Shown: one piece after another, positions 38,239 to 48,001 of the stretch
How positions within the stretch are numbered: the stretch's first letter is position 1
How the letters are laid out: each line of letters starts with the position of its first letter
Source of the DNA: a bacterium
GTDB taxonomy: Bacteria; RUG730; JBDRED01; JBHPKP01
DNA: 53,887 nt
Reading direction: 5' to 3'
Assembly (NCBI GenBank): GCA_042566505.1
Contig: JBHPKP010000003.1
Coordinates: 1 to 53,887, forward strand
The notes under the pieces: generated by a model
The model's database searches: none
Told to the model about the DNA's origin: nothing
What the model saw: only the letters and a program-made list of their open reading frames with translations
Position numbers and translations under genes: made by a program

Positions 38239-40817
38239 TATTCCATATCCTCCCAATTTTTACCTTTTTTTAAATTTACTTTTATCGGTAGATTAAGTTT
38301 TACTGAATTTTCCATAGTTTGTTTTATTAAAGTTAGGCAGTCAGACAAACAATTATCCGGTATTTCAAATATTAGTTCGTCGTGGATTTGTAATAAAATA
38401 TGTGCATCCGGAAAATCCTTTTTTAATAGTGATGACAAATCAAGCATGCTTTTTTTTATAATGTCACTTGCAGATCCCTGTATTGGTGTGTTTACCGCGA
38501 TCCGTTCTCCCATTGATCTTATATTTTTGATTCTGCTGCTCAGTTCGGGTATGTAACGTCTTCTTGCAAAAAGTGTTTCAATATACCCGGCAGATGTTGC
38601 TTTTTCAATAGTTGTCTCTATATATTCCTTCACTTTTGGGTAACGCTCAAAATACTTTTTAATAAAGTCAGATGCTTCGTCAATTCCAATATCCAAATCG
38701 CGTGCAAGACCAAATGCGCTCATGCCATAGACTAGTCCAAAATTTATTCGTTTAGCAATGTTTCTCTGGAAATCTGAAACATTATTTTCATCAACATCAA
38801 ATATTAAAGAAGCTGTTTTTATGTGGATATCTTTGTTCAGTTTAAATGACTCCAGCATTGTTGGATCGTCGGAAAAATGAGCCAAAACTGCAAGATCAAT
38901 TTGCGAATAGTCAGCTGAAACGAGAGTTGTGTCTTTTTCTGAGACAAATGCTTTTCGTATGCTTACACTGATATCGTTTTTTGTAGGAATATTCTGCATA
39001 TTAGGATTTGACGAAGATAATCTACCGGTTGCAGTTAAAGTATGATTAAATGATGTATGAAGTCTTTTAGTTTTTTCATTTACTTTAGAAATTATTGGCT
39101 CCGTATAAGTTGATGCTAATTTTGCCAAGGTTCGATATTTTAGTACATGTTTAGGAAGTTCATGAAACTCACTCAAACGAGATAGTACATATTCAGATGT
39201 AGAAGGACCGGTTTTTGTACGTTTTAGAATTGGCAGACCAAGTTTATCGAATATAATTTGAGCTAATTGTTTTGGTGAATTAATATTGAATTCTTCGCCG
39301 GCTTCTTTGTAAATGGTTTTAACTAAACAATCTATTTCTCCGACCAAACTGGAGTTTAAATCATTCAAATAATCAACATCAACCTTTATCCCCTTCTCTT
39401 CCATATCGGCAAGTACAGTGCAAAATGGAATTTCAGTATTCCAATATACTTTTTCCAAATTACATTTTTTTAAATTATCTATAACGATGTTTTTTAATGA
39501 ATAAATTATCGAAAGTTTAACAAATTCATTATCTAAAGTTTCTGTTTCATTGAAATTTTGGTCGAGATATTTGATAGCCATATCTTTGAGATTTCTCATT
39601 GATGCATCGCAAATGTAAGATGCTACGATGATATCAAAAAAATTTGTGAGTTTTACTTTAACCAAAAAATCTTTATCGATTTTTTTCAAATCTTTCGAAA
39701 GTTCCTTGAGATTTTCAATATAGAATGATGTTTTAGGGTTGTTTGTAAACTCAATAAAGTCAATTTTATTGTCGATAATTTTTGTAAATTCAATATAAAA
39801 ACCACCTTGATTTTTTGAGTACAAAAGCAAACTATCTGGTTTCCCCTCACTTTTAAAAGTAGCTAAAGCATATTCATCAGGTGGTAGGTTTTGAAAACTA
39901 TCGATTTTTTTGTAATCAATTTTAACTGCTTCATTTGAGAAGAGGTCATTTTCGTCAACTTTATTAAACATAGTTTCAACCAGTTTATTGAACTCGAGCA
40001 TTTCTAAAAAAGTTTTAAATTCATTTGATTTGAATGCATTATGCAGCCTGTATTTTTCAATATCTTTTTGTGAAAAGCTAATATCAGTTTTTAGTTTCAC
40101 TAGAGTTCGACTCATTATCAAATTATCTTTTGAATCAATAATTTTTTTTCTGGTAGTAAGTGGAACTTTGTCAAGATTGATTAATAAAGTGTCGATATCA
40201 TTAAACTCATTGATTAGCTTGCCGGCTGTAACTTTCCCTATACCTTTGCAGCCCGGGATATTGTCTGACGAATCGCCCAAAAGTGCAAAATAATCATTTA
40301 GCTGATTGGGTTTAACACCAAACTTTTCAACGACCTTTTGTTTATCGAATGTTACGTTTTTAGGTTCAGCTTTTACAGTAACCGAATCATTGATTAGTTG
40401 AAAAATATCTTTATCACCACTAATAACTACAGTGTCGAATTTATTGGAGTCAATATTTTCCACAAGTGATGCAATTATATCGTCTGCTTCATAACCTTCG
40501 AGCTCAATACTTGCAATGCCCATAGCATCAACGGATTTTTTTACTAATGGCACTTGTTCACGCATTTGGTCCGGCATTTTCTTGCGAGTGGCTTTGTATT
40601 CTTTATACATCTTATGCCTGAAATTCTTTGCAGGAAAATCAAAACATACTATGCAGTAATCAGGATTGTTAGTTTGGATTATTTTGATGATCATTTTGAT
40701 AAATCCATATACTGCATTTACAGGTGTACCAATTGAAGTGTTTAGAGGAGGCAGCGCATGGAATGCTCTGTGAATGTATGCTGTACCGTCGATAATATAG
40801 AACGTTTTTTTTGACAT
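38238..40817 (-). CDS. polA: DNA polymerase I
   Basis: 5'-3' exonuclease (IDG..YIHRAFHA, EADD, GDSSDNIPG); polymerase motifs TATGRLSS, ADYSQI, K.INFG..YG, QIHDEL. Confidence 0.96.
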   Translation of the reverse strand: MSKKTFYIIDGTAYIHRAFHALPPLNTSIGTPVNAVYGFIKMIIKIIQTNNPDYCIVCFDFPAKNFRHKMYKEYKATRKKMPDQMREQVPLVKKSVDAMGIASIELEGYEADDIIASLVENIDSNKFDTVVISGDKDIFQLINDSVTVKAEPKNVTFDKQKVVEKFGVKPNQLNDYFALLGDSSDNIPGCKGIGKVTAGKLINEFNDIDTLLINLDKVPLTTRKKIIDSKDNLIMSRTLVKLKTDISFSQKDIEKYRLHNAFKSNEFKTFLEMLEFNKLVETMFNKVDENDLFSNEAVKIDYKKIDSFQNLPPDEYALATFKSEGKPDSLLLYSKNQGGFYIEFTKIIDNKIDFIEFTNNPKTSFYIENLKELSKDLKKIDKDFLVKVKLTNFFDIIVASYICDASMRNLKDMAIKYLDQNFNETETLDNEFVKLSIIYSLKNIVIDNLKKCNLEKVYWNTEIPFCTVLADMEEKGIKVDVDYLNDLNSSLVGEIDCLVKTIYKEAGEEFNINSPKQLAQIIFDKLGLPILKRTKTGPSTSEYVLSRLSEFHELPKHVLKYRTLAKLASTYTEPIISKVNEKTKRLHTSFNHTLTATGRLSSSNPNMQNIPTKNDISVSIRKAFVSEKDTTLVSADYSQIDLAVLAHFSDDPTMLESFKLNKDIHIKTASLIFDVDENNVSDFQRNIAKRINFGLVYGMSAFGLARDLDIGIDEASDFIKKYFERYPKVKEYIETTIEKATSAGYIETLFARRRYIPELSSRIKNIRSMGERIAVNTPIQGSASDIIKKSMLDLSSLLKKDFPDAHILLQIHDELIFEIPDNCLSDCLTLIKQTMENSVKLNLPIKVNLKKGKNWEDME

Positions 40818-40828
40818 ATAAATATCCT

Positions 40829-41131
40829 TTATTTTTTAAAATATAGGCAACAATGGCAAAAACCATCTTGTGCAATTTCATCCTTATGCCACTTACATGG
40901 GCATATTTTTTGTCTGTCTTTATCCATATCGCCTTCGAGTATACGACATGGGCAAAATGCGTAACCATGAGTGATTAAATTTACGGCAAGTCCTTGGATA
41001 ATTGTTTCAACTATTTCTTTATCAGGATTTAATTTATAGCCGCTAATTTGCACATACTTTTCGATACGTTTCCTGATTTTTTGTTTGGTCTTTTCTAATT
41101 CTTCTTTATCGATTTTAGTGTTTGGTGACAT
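40829..41131 (-). CDS. Ferredoxin:thioredoxin reductase catalytic-chain-like protein
   Basis: CPC...CPC...CHC motifs; ATG 41131 after GGAGG. Confidence 0.88.
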   Translation of the reverse strand: MSPNTKIDKEELEKTKQKIRKRIEKYVQISGYKLNPDKEIVETIIQGLAVNLITHGYAFCPCRILEGDMDKDRQKICPCKWHKDEIAQDGFCHCCLYFKK

Positions 41132-41214
41132 GGGACCTCCCAAGTATGAGTTTGTAGCAATTATATAGTTTATTAAATTTTTGGGGAATTATGAAGTGAT
41201 CACACGGAATGTGT

Positions 41215-41592
41215 CAGGGCTGCCTCATTATATTTAAATAGTAGTATCTATGAATTCTTCATATCTTTATTCATTTTTTTTGTTTTTTCTCGTTTTTGTG
41301 TCAGTTCGATTTTTTTTATTATGAGGCTGGACTGGTGTTTTAGGTAAAAAATCAACGCTGCGTTGATTTTTAAAGACAATGATATTAAATCAGTTAAAGA
41401 TAGAGTTTTTACAACAGGTAGTGTAGGGAAAGCCTTATGAATATGTCGAAATCCTGTCAGGGCTGCCTCATTATAATTACGTTGAGACTAAAAATGGTTA
41501 CTGTAATTAAGAAAATGCTTTCGACGATCAAAAAATTTGCTTTATTTTAGAGAATTAAGTTTCTCGTCTAAATTTATAATGAGGCAGGCCTG
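41215..41592. mobile_element. Composite non-autonomous element: two MITE-like units (41215-41334, 41458-41592) with ISAs1-like ends
   Basis: Left ends CAGGGCTGCCTCATTATA at 41215 and 41458; right ends at 41317-41334 (14/18) and 41575-41592 (17/18); outer flanks CGGAATGTGT / CGGAATGTTT. Confidence 0.7.
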
Positions 41593-41601
41593 CGGAATGT
41601 T

Positions 41602-42237
41602 TTAATGGTTTACTCCATTCCTCAAACTTCCCACTCCCTCAATTCTCACTTCGACTTCGTCCCCTACCTGCATAGGTCCGATGCCTGCTGGTGTGCCGGT
41701 TAGGATGATGTCGCCCGGGTATAGTGTCATTATGCAGCTTATGAAATGGATAAGATAGTTCGGTTTGAAAATGAGATTTGAAGTGTTGGAGTTTTGTTTG
41801 AGCTCGCCATTTAGGAATGACTGGATAGAGAGGTTATCTGTGTTTAGTTCGGTTTCGATATGTGGTCCGATAGGACAGAAGGTATCGAATGATTTGGAGC
41901 GTGTCCATTGTCCATCGATTTTCTGCAGGTCACGGGCAGTTACATCATTTGCACATGTGTAGCCAAGGATATAGTCCGATGCATTTTCAACCGAGACTTT
42001 ATGTGCTTTTTGTTTTATCACAATTGCTAGTTCGGCTTCATAATCAACTTGCTTTGACATTTTAGGGTATATGATGGGTTCATTATGACCTATGAGTGAG
42101 GTCGAAGGTTTGAGAAAAATAATAGGATTTTCAGGAATCGGCATGTTAAGTTCTTTTGCATGATCTTTGTAGTTTAGTCCAACTGCAATAATTTTTTGGG
42201 ATACGTGAGTAGGTAAAAAATTTACATCTTTTTTCAT
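41602..42237 (-). CDS. Fumarylacetoacetate hydrolase family protein
   Basis: KIIAVGLNY..H, FLKP, DYEAEL, NDVTARD, KSFDTFCP, TGTPAG. Confidence 0.93.
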   Translation of the reverse strand: MKKDVNFLPTHVSQKIIAVGLNYKDHAKELNMPIPENPIIFLKPSTSLIGHNEPIIYPKMSKQVDYEAELAIVIKQKAHKVSVENASDYILGYTCANDVTARDLQKIDGQWTRSKSFDTFCPIGPHIETELNTDNLSIQSFLNGELKQNSNTSNLIFKPNYLIHFISCIMTLYPGDIILTGTPAGIGPMQVGDEVEVRIEGVGSLRNGVNH

Positions 42238-42246
42238 TTATTATCC

Positions 42247-42987
42247 CTATCTTTCAATATTTAAAACATCAAACATGTCATATGCGCCATTTGGTTTGTT
42301 TGCAATCCATTTTGCAGCAACAATTGAACCTTTTGCAAAGTTATCACGCGAATGCGCTTTATGCGTTATTTCGATACGTTCATTGTTAGCTGCAAAGAAC
42401 ACGCTATGCTCACCCACAACATCACCCATTCGAACTGCATGTATGCAAAGTTCGTCACTTTTGCGTTCACCGACATTCCCTTTACGTCCATAAATAAGCT
42501 TTTTGTTGCCATCATTAGCTTCTACAATAATATCTGCAAGCTTAAGAGCTGTACCGCTTGGAGAATCTTTTTTCTTATTATGATGAGTTTCAACAATTTC
42601 TGTATCATACTCTTTTAAAAAGCTGGCAGCCTTTTTCAGGAGTGCAAAAAATACATTTACACCTACACTCATGTTTGGAGAAAAAACACACGGAATCTCA
42701 TTTGCATAATCTTTTATTGTTTCTTTTTGGTTTTCATCAAAACCGGTTGTTCCAATAACAATTGCTTTCTTATGTTCCTTGCATTTATCTAATAATGTTA
42801 TGGTTGCTTCCGGTGATGAAAAATCAATAACAACATCACAGGATTTGATGAGTTCATTTGCAGTTTTTTCATCAGTATCAATATCTAGCCCGCCAATCAA
42901 TTTACAATCAATTTCCTCGCTCAATAAAGCTATAATTCGCTTTCCCATACGTCCATTACTACCTGCAACAACAATTTTTATCATCAC
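42247..42987 (-). CDS. dapB: 4-hydroxy-tetrahydrodipicolinate reductase
   Basis: G..GRMG, DFS, GTTG, NMSVG, ETHH..KKDSPSGTA, FAKG. Confidence 0.95.
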   Translation of the reverse strand: MMIKIVVAGSNGRMGKRIIALLSEEIDCKLIGGLDIDTDEKTANELIKSCDVVIDFSSPEATITLLDKCKEHKKAIVIGTTGFDENQKETIKDYANEIPCVFSPNMSVGVNVFFALLKKAASFLKEYDTEIVETHHNKKKDSPSGTALKLADIIVEANDGNKKLIYGRKGNVGERKSDELCIHAVRMGDVVGEHSVFFAANNERIEITHKAHSRDNFAKGSIVAAKWIANKPNGAYDMFDVLNIER

Positions 42988-44092
42988 ATTCCTCCAGTTT
43001 AGATTTTATGAGTTTATTGTCATAAAATTTTGGTTTAGTTATGTGTGCAGTGATAAATTTATCACGCACTTTTATTTGTACTGCATTTGGATTGTTTAAA
43101 ATGTCTTGTTTTATAAACCCCAAAGCAATAGGTTTATTCAGATGAAATGAAAAAGTCCCACTTGTTATGAAACCTATTTCTTCATTATTAAAATATATTT
43201 TGCAGCCTTCTCTAGGAAGAGCTCGGTCATCAAAGATAAATCCTCTTAAAACACTTTTTTGCTCCGGTTTTTGTAGTGTTATGAGTGCCTCTTTACCTAT
43301 AAAATCAAGTTTATTAAGTTTTACGGCCCATGATCCTGAAACCTGAAATGGATTTATATCTTCTGAAAGTTCGTGATTATACAAAGGATAACCTGCTTCA
43401 AGTCGCAAGATATCACGTGCGCCAAGCCCGCATAATCTAAGATTGTTTTCGTCGATAAAATTTACGATGTATTTAAACATTTCCGGATATTTTTCATGGT
43501 TAATCCAGACTTCGAATCCTATTTCGCCTGTATAGCCAGTTCTGGAAATTAAAACTTGAGCGCCTTTAAATACAAATTCTTCGATATAAAAATATTCTAT
43601 ATTAATACATCTATTAAACATTTTATTTATAATTTTAGGGGAGTTTGGACCTTGGATTGCAATTGAAAGCATCTTATGATGCAGGTTATTGATGTTAACA
43701 TTTTTGTTTACTGAATGTTTTATTAGGTGCGAGTAAATTTTGTCAACATTGATCGCATTAACGATAAAAATATAGTGATTAGCACTTTTTTTATAGATAA
43801 TTATATCGTCTAGTATTCCACTATCTTCACTGCATATAAAGCTATATGCAGCTTTATATGGTTCTAAGTTTTCAATATCATTTGTTGTAATATATGATGC
43901 TAAGATAGTTGAATCACTGCCAGTAATTTCAATATAACCCATGTGCGATACATCAAACAGTCCAACATCATTTCTTACAGCATTATATTCACTTTTGATG
44001 CTAGTGAAATATACAGGCATACGCCAGTTTCCAAAATTAGCAAAATAAACATTTTTTGATTCAAAATAACTAGTAAATGGAGTTTCGAACAT
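42959..44092 (-). CDS. gcvT: Glycine cleavage system aminomethyltransferase T
   Basis: FDVSHMG, IQGP, SRTGYTGE.GFE, GLGARD.LRLEAG. Confidence 0.9.
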   Translation of the reverse strand: MFETPFTSYFESKNVYFANFGNWRMPVYFTSIKSEYNAVRNDVGLFDVSHMGYIEITGSDSTILASYITTNDIENLEPYKAAYSFICSEDSGILDDIIIYKKSANHYIFIVNAINVDKIYSHLIKHSVNKNVNINNLHHKMLSIAIQGPNSPKIINKMFNRCINIEYFYIEEFVFKGAQVLISRTGYTGEIGFEVWINHEKYPEMFKYIVNFIDENNLRLCGLGARDILRLEAGYPLYNHELSEDINPFQVSGSWAVKLNKLDFIGKEALITLQKPEQKSVLRGFIFDDRALPREGCKIYFNNEEIGFITSGTFSFHLNKPIALGFIKQDILNNPNAVQIKVRDKFITAHITKPKFYDNKLIKSKLEECDDKNCCCR

Positions 44093-44113
44093 TTCTGTAT
44101 TTACCTTAATTGA

Positions 44114-44731
44114 TTATTTTTTCTTGAAAATTCGTGATAGACCTGATACTGTCCAGGCAGATGCTGTTTCTATATCGAATGATTCATAGCTATATGTTCC
44201 AATCCACACCACACTGCCGGTTTCCACCTCCAAGAGTCGTGCACTGATTGCAACTTCAGCATTTGTGAATACAAGTTTTCGTTCTGATTCATCCAGATCA
44301 AAACTTCTAATACCGGTTCCATCCAATGCAATAAGATCATTTCCACCTTGTATGATTAAATACTGTTTCTCCGGAAGATATTTACTCACAGTACCTGTAA
44401 GCAAATACTTTACACCAAGCATGCGTCCAATTCTTTTAACTTCCGCAGGATCGGAAAATGCATCTTGCAGAAATTTGTGTTCACGAAGTATTTCATTCAC
44501 TCTTCTACGTTCGACTATATTATAACCTTTCATGAGAAGCTGTTTGGAAAATTCGTCAGCTATGATCTCACCGGAAGCAGGGTATTGAGCTGAATATGCA
44601 TGAAATGAGAGTACACCGATTGAATTAACACTAGTTATATCAAAACCGCTTTTTAAAACTCCATATGGTGCGCATGCAAAAAGGATTGAGCTTAAAGAGA
44701 AAAGTATTATTATTTTTTTTAGATTATTCAT
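44114..44731 (-). CDS. Lipoprotein, CsgG/HfaB/LpoB-like
   Basis: Lipobox LFAC; IVERRRV..IL.E...IG..LGV..L.TG.V...ISARLLEVETGSVVW. Confidence 0.7.
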   Translation of the reverse strand: MNNLKKIIILFSLSSILFACAPYGVLKSGFDITSVNSIGVLSFHAYSAQYPASGEIIADEFSKQLLMKGYNIVERRRVNEILREHKFLQDAFSDPAEVKRIGRMLGVKYLLTGTVSKYLPEKQYLIIQGGNDLIALDGTGIRSFDLDESERKLVFTNAEVAISARLLEVETGSVVWIGTYSYESFDIETASAWTVSGLSRIFKKK

Positions 44732-45089
44732 TCTTCAAGCCCTCTAATCTTTCAATGTGTTTTTGAGCATCATTGATTTCTTCGGTTTTGCTCGGATCAA
44801 GTCTCATTATGTAATCATTCCAAGCTTTGATTGCATCAAAACTTTCATTTTGAGTTTCATAAAGCATAGCTAAAAGCTTGTATGCAACCGGTTCTGCACT
44901 TTTGACAAAAATAGCATTTCGTAATTTTCGTTCTGCAAGCGGATATTCTTTTTTGTTGATGTGATCAAATGATTGTGAAACATAGTCATTGTACTGTTTA
45001 TCTTGTCTGGAAATCTCAGCAAATACAGCAGTTGAACCAAAAATTAAAATTGTAATTAAAAAGTAATTAAGAAAATTTGAAAATTTCAC
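44724..45089 (-). CDS. Small exported TPR protein
   Basis: GTG start 45089 after GAGGTG; signal peptide; TPR-like AYKLLAMLYE...AIKAW..Y. Confidence 0.65.
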   Translation of the reverse strand: MKFSNFLNYFLITILIFGSTAVFAEISRQDKQYNDYVSQSFDHINKKEYPLAERKLRNAIFVKSAEPVAYKLLAMLYETQNESFDAIKAWNDYIMRLDPSKTEEINDAQKHIERLEGLKNE

Positions 45090-45093
45090 GTTA

Positions 45094-45534
45094 TCACCTC
45101 TTGTTTTCAAAATTTGAGATTTTTTCAATACGTCTTGTATGTCTGCCGCCTTCAAATGCGGTATTTAGCCATGTATCAACCATCTGCAAAGCTTTTTCAG
45201 GTTCATGGCTTTTCCCCAGACACAAAACATTCGAGTCATTATGCTCACGTGTAAGGCGAGCCATTTCATTATCAAAAATCAATGCAGCACGTATGCCAGA
45301 GACTTTATTTGCAGTAATGCACATACCAATGCCGGTTCCGCAAATTAGGATTCCACGTTCAAATTCACCAGATGCAACTTTTTGAGATGCTGCCAATGCG
45401 TAATCAGGATAATCTGTACTTTGTTTGCTGTTTGTGCCCACATCCAAAACATCATATCCTTTATTAACTAAAGCCTCTTTTATTGCAATTTTCAAGTCAT
45501 AACCTGCATGATCATTACCAAGTACGATTTTCAT
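45094..45534 (-). CDS. rpiB: Ribose-5-phosphate isomerase B
   Basis: DHAG, DYPD, ICGTGIG, ANKV.GIRAA, HND.N, FEGGRH..R. Confidence 0.95.
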   Translation of the reverse strand: MKIVLGNDHAGYDLKIAIKEALVNKGYDVLDVGTNSKQSTDYPDYALAASQKVASGEFERGILICGTGIGMCITANKVSGIRAALIFDNEMARLTREHNDSNVLCLGKSHEPEKALQMVDTWLNTAFEGGRHTRRIEKISNFENKR

Positions 45535-45552
45535 TTGAGTTTCTCTCCAGTT

Positions 45553-45873
45553 TTAGTTTGTTAATACATCTATTCCCATAGCTTTCTCAACTGTTTTTCG
45601 TATTTTTTGAAATGCTATACTTTTTGTTTCTTCTGTTTCAGAACAAGGATCCGGCAACAAAATTAAGTTTGATGTTAGTTTCTTGAGCCAATCATCAATG
45701 GGCTTTTTTGAGAATGAAAAAACATCTTCTGTAAGAAAAACAATTTGATATTTTTCAAGCTCATCCGGATTTAAAGCTTTTAGTAAGCTTGCTTCTGAAT
45801 CAATTTCAATTATGGTTATTCCAAGTGGTTTGAGTGCATCCCATAAACCTTTTTTCCCAATAAGCGCGATCAT
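45553..45873 (-). CDS. V/A-type ATP synthase subunit F
   Basis: IALIG..., Y.IVFLTE, VEKAMGID; operon position. Confidence 0.8.
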   Translation of the reverse strand: MIALIGKKGLWDALKPLGITIIEIDSEASLLKALNPDELEKYQIVFLTEDVFSFSKKPIDDWLKKLTSNLILLPDPCSETEETKSIAFQKIRKTVEKAMGIDVLTN

Positions 45874-45881
45874 AATAACCT

Positions 45882-46868
45882 CTAAAAAATGTATGAATTA
45901 CTTAACTGACTTCTGATAATGTTATTAGATAAATTATAAGTTTTTCCATAAAGCAGTCGATTAACGTTTTTGAGTTCGGTTAGTCGTCTGTACCAGTATG
46001 AAAAAATTGGTTCAAATGAACCTGCATAAGCAACTGCATCATCAAAATATTTTAATAAATAATGCTCTTCTTGATATTGCCATTTAATGGTATATAAATC
46101 ATTTTCAAATGCTTGTCTCATCTCATCACTAACACTCAAATATTCCCAAAATGTGGTTTTTTGAATAAACGTTTGGAGCGAATGCTCGTCGAGTAATGCC
46201 CAATCATTAGTTTCGATATTTCCACCATGTATAAAATAATTCGGATTTTTTTGATTGGTTTTTAAAAGATTAAAGAACTGTCTGCAATTAATAAAATCAA
46301 TCATTAGTTTCCAAAAGTTTATTAGGAATGGGCTGTTATTTTTGTTTGCAGCATCTAATCTTAATTCAAATAGTTTATTGTCCAATAATAAATCAAAGCT
46401 TTGTTCAGAGAGTTTATTTGATTCTTCCTTGAAATTAATAGAAATCTTGTCAAAAAAATCCGGATATGTTGCCCAATCATTATTTTTGAATGAATATAAA
46501 AGCTTTTCCCTGCCAAACCAACCGCCATCAAGTATTTCGCTGTAGTCGTCAGATTCTTTCAATATATGCCTGTTAAATAATTTTAGGTTTGTAAAATCTA
46601 TTTCAATAAGAAGTGACATCTTTAAACTTTCATTTAATAATAACTCTGCAATTTCTTTATATAGGTATAAAAAGTTGTCAGTATATAGTTTATCAATAGA
46701 ATCTATGCGTTCATTATCATTGACATCATGATATCCGATCTTTAACCGTACCAGTTCATTCCATGTGTCACGCAAGCTAGGATATGTCAAAAGACGCTCC
46801 CAGTCTATTCTTTCTAGTATTTTTGATTCCCATCCGCGTATTGTGCCATTTTCAAATTCGTATGCCAT
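45882..46868 (-). CDS. V/A-type ATP synthase subunit C (d)
   Basis: NG.IR..E..., D..N, EP...Y......E.KN; size and position between E and F. Confidence 0.75.
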   Translation of the reverse strand: MAYEFENGTIRGWESKILERIDWERLLTYPSLRDTWNELVRLKIGYHDVNDNERIDSIDKLYTDNFLYLYKEIAELLLNESLKMSLLIEIDFTNLKLFNRHILKESDDYSEILDGGWFGREKLLYSFKNNDWATYPDFFDKISINFKEESNKLSEQSFDLLLDNKLFELRLDAANKNNSPFLINFWKLMIDFINCRQFFNLLKTNQKNPNYFIHGGNIETNDWALLDEHSLQTFIQKTTFWEYLSVSDEMRQAFENDLYTIKWQYQEEHYLLKYFDDAVAYAGSFEPIFSYWYRRLTELKNVNRLLYGKTYNLSNNIIRSQLSNSYIF

Positions 46869-46881
46869 CTAGTTCACCTTA

Positions 46882-47981
<1,100 letters not shown>

Positions 47982-48001
47982 TTAAGAATTTAAAATTTAA
48001 C

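Noticed and set aside
40669-40968. 99-aa minus-strand ORF spanning FTR and polA
   Set aside because: Alternate frame overlapping two well-supported genes
41212-41592. Repeats as a CRISPR array
   Set aside because: Only four ~18-bp copies in alternating orientation with ~85-125-bp gaps; no cas genes; fits transposon ends better
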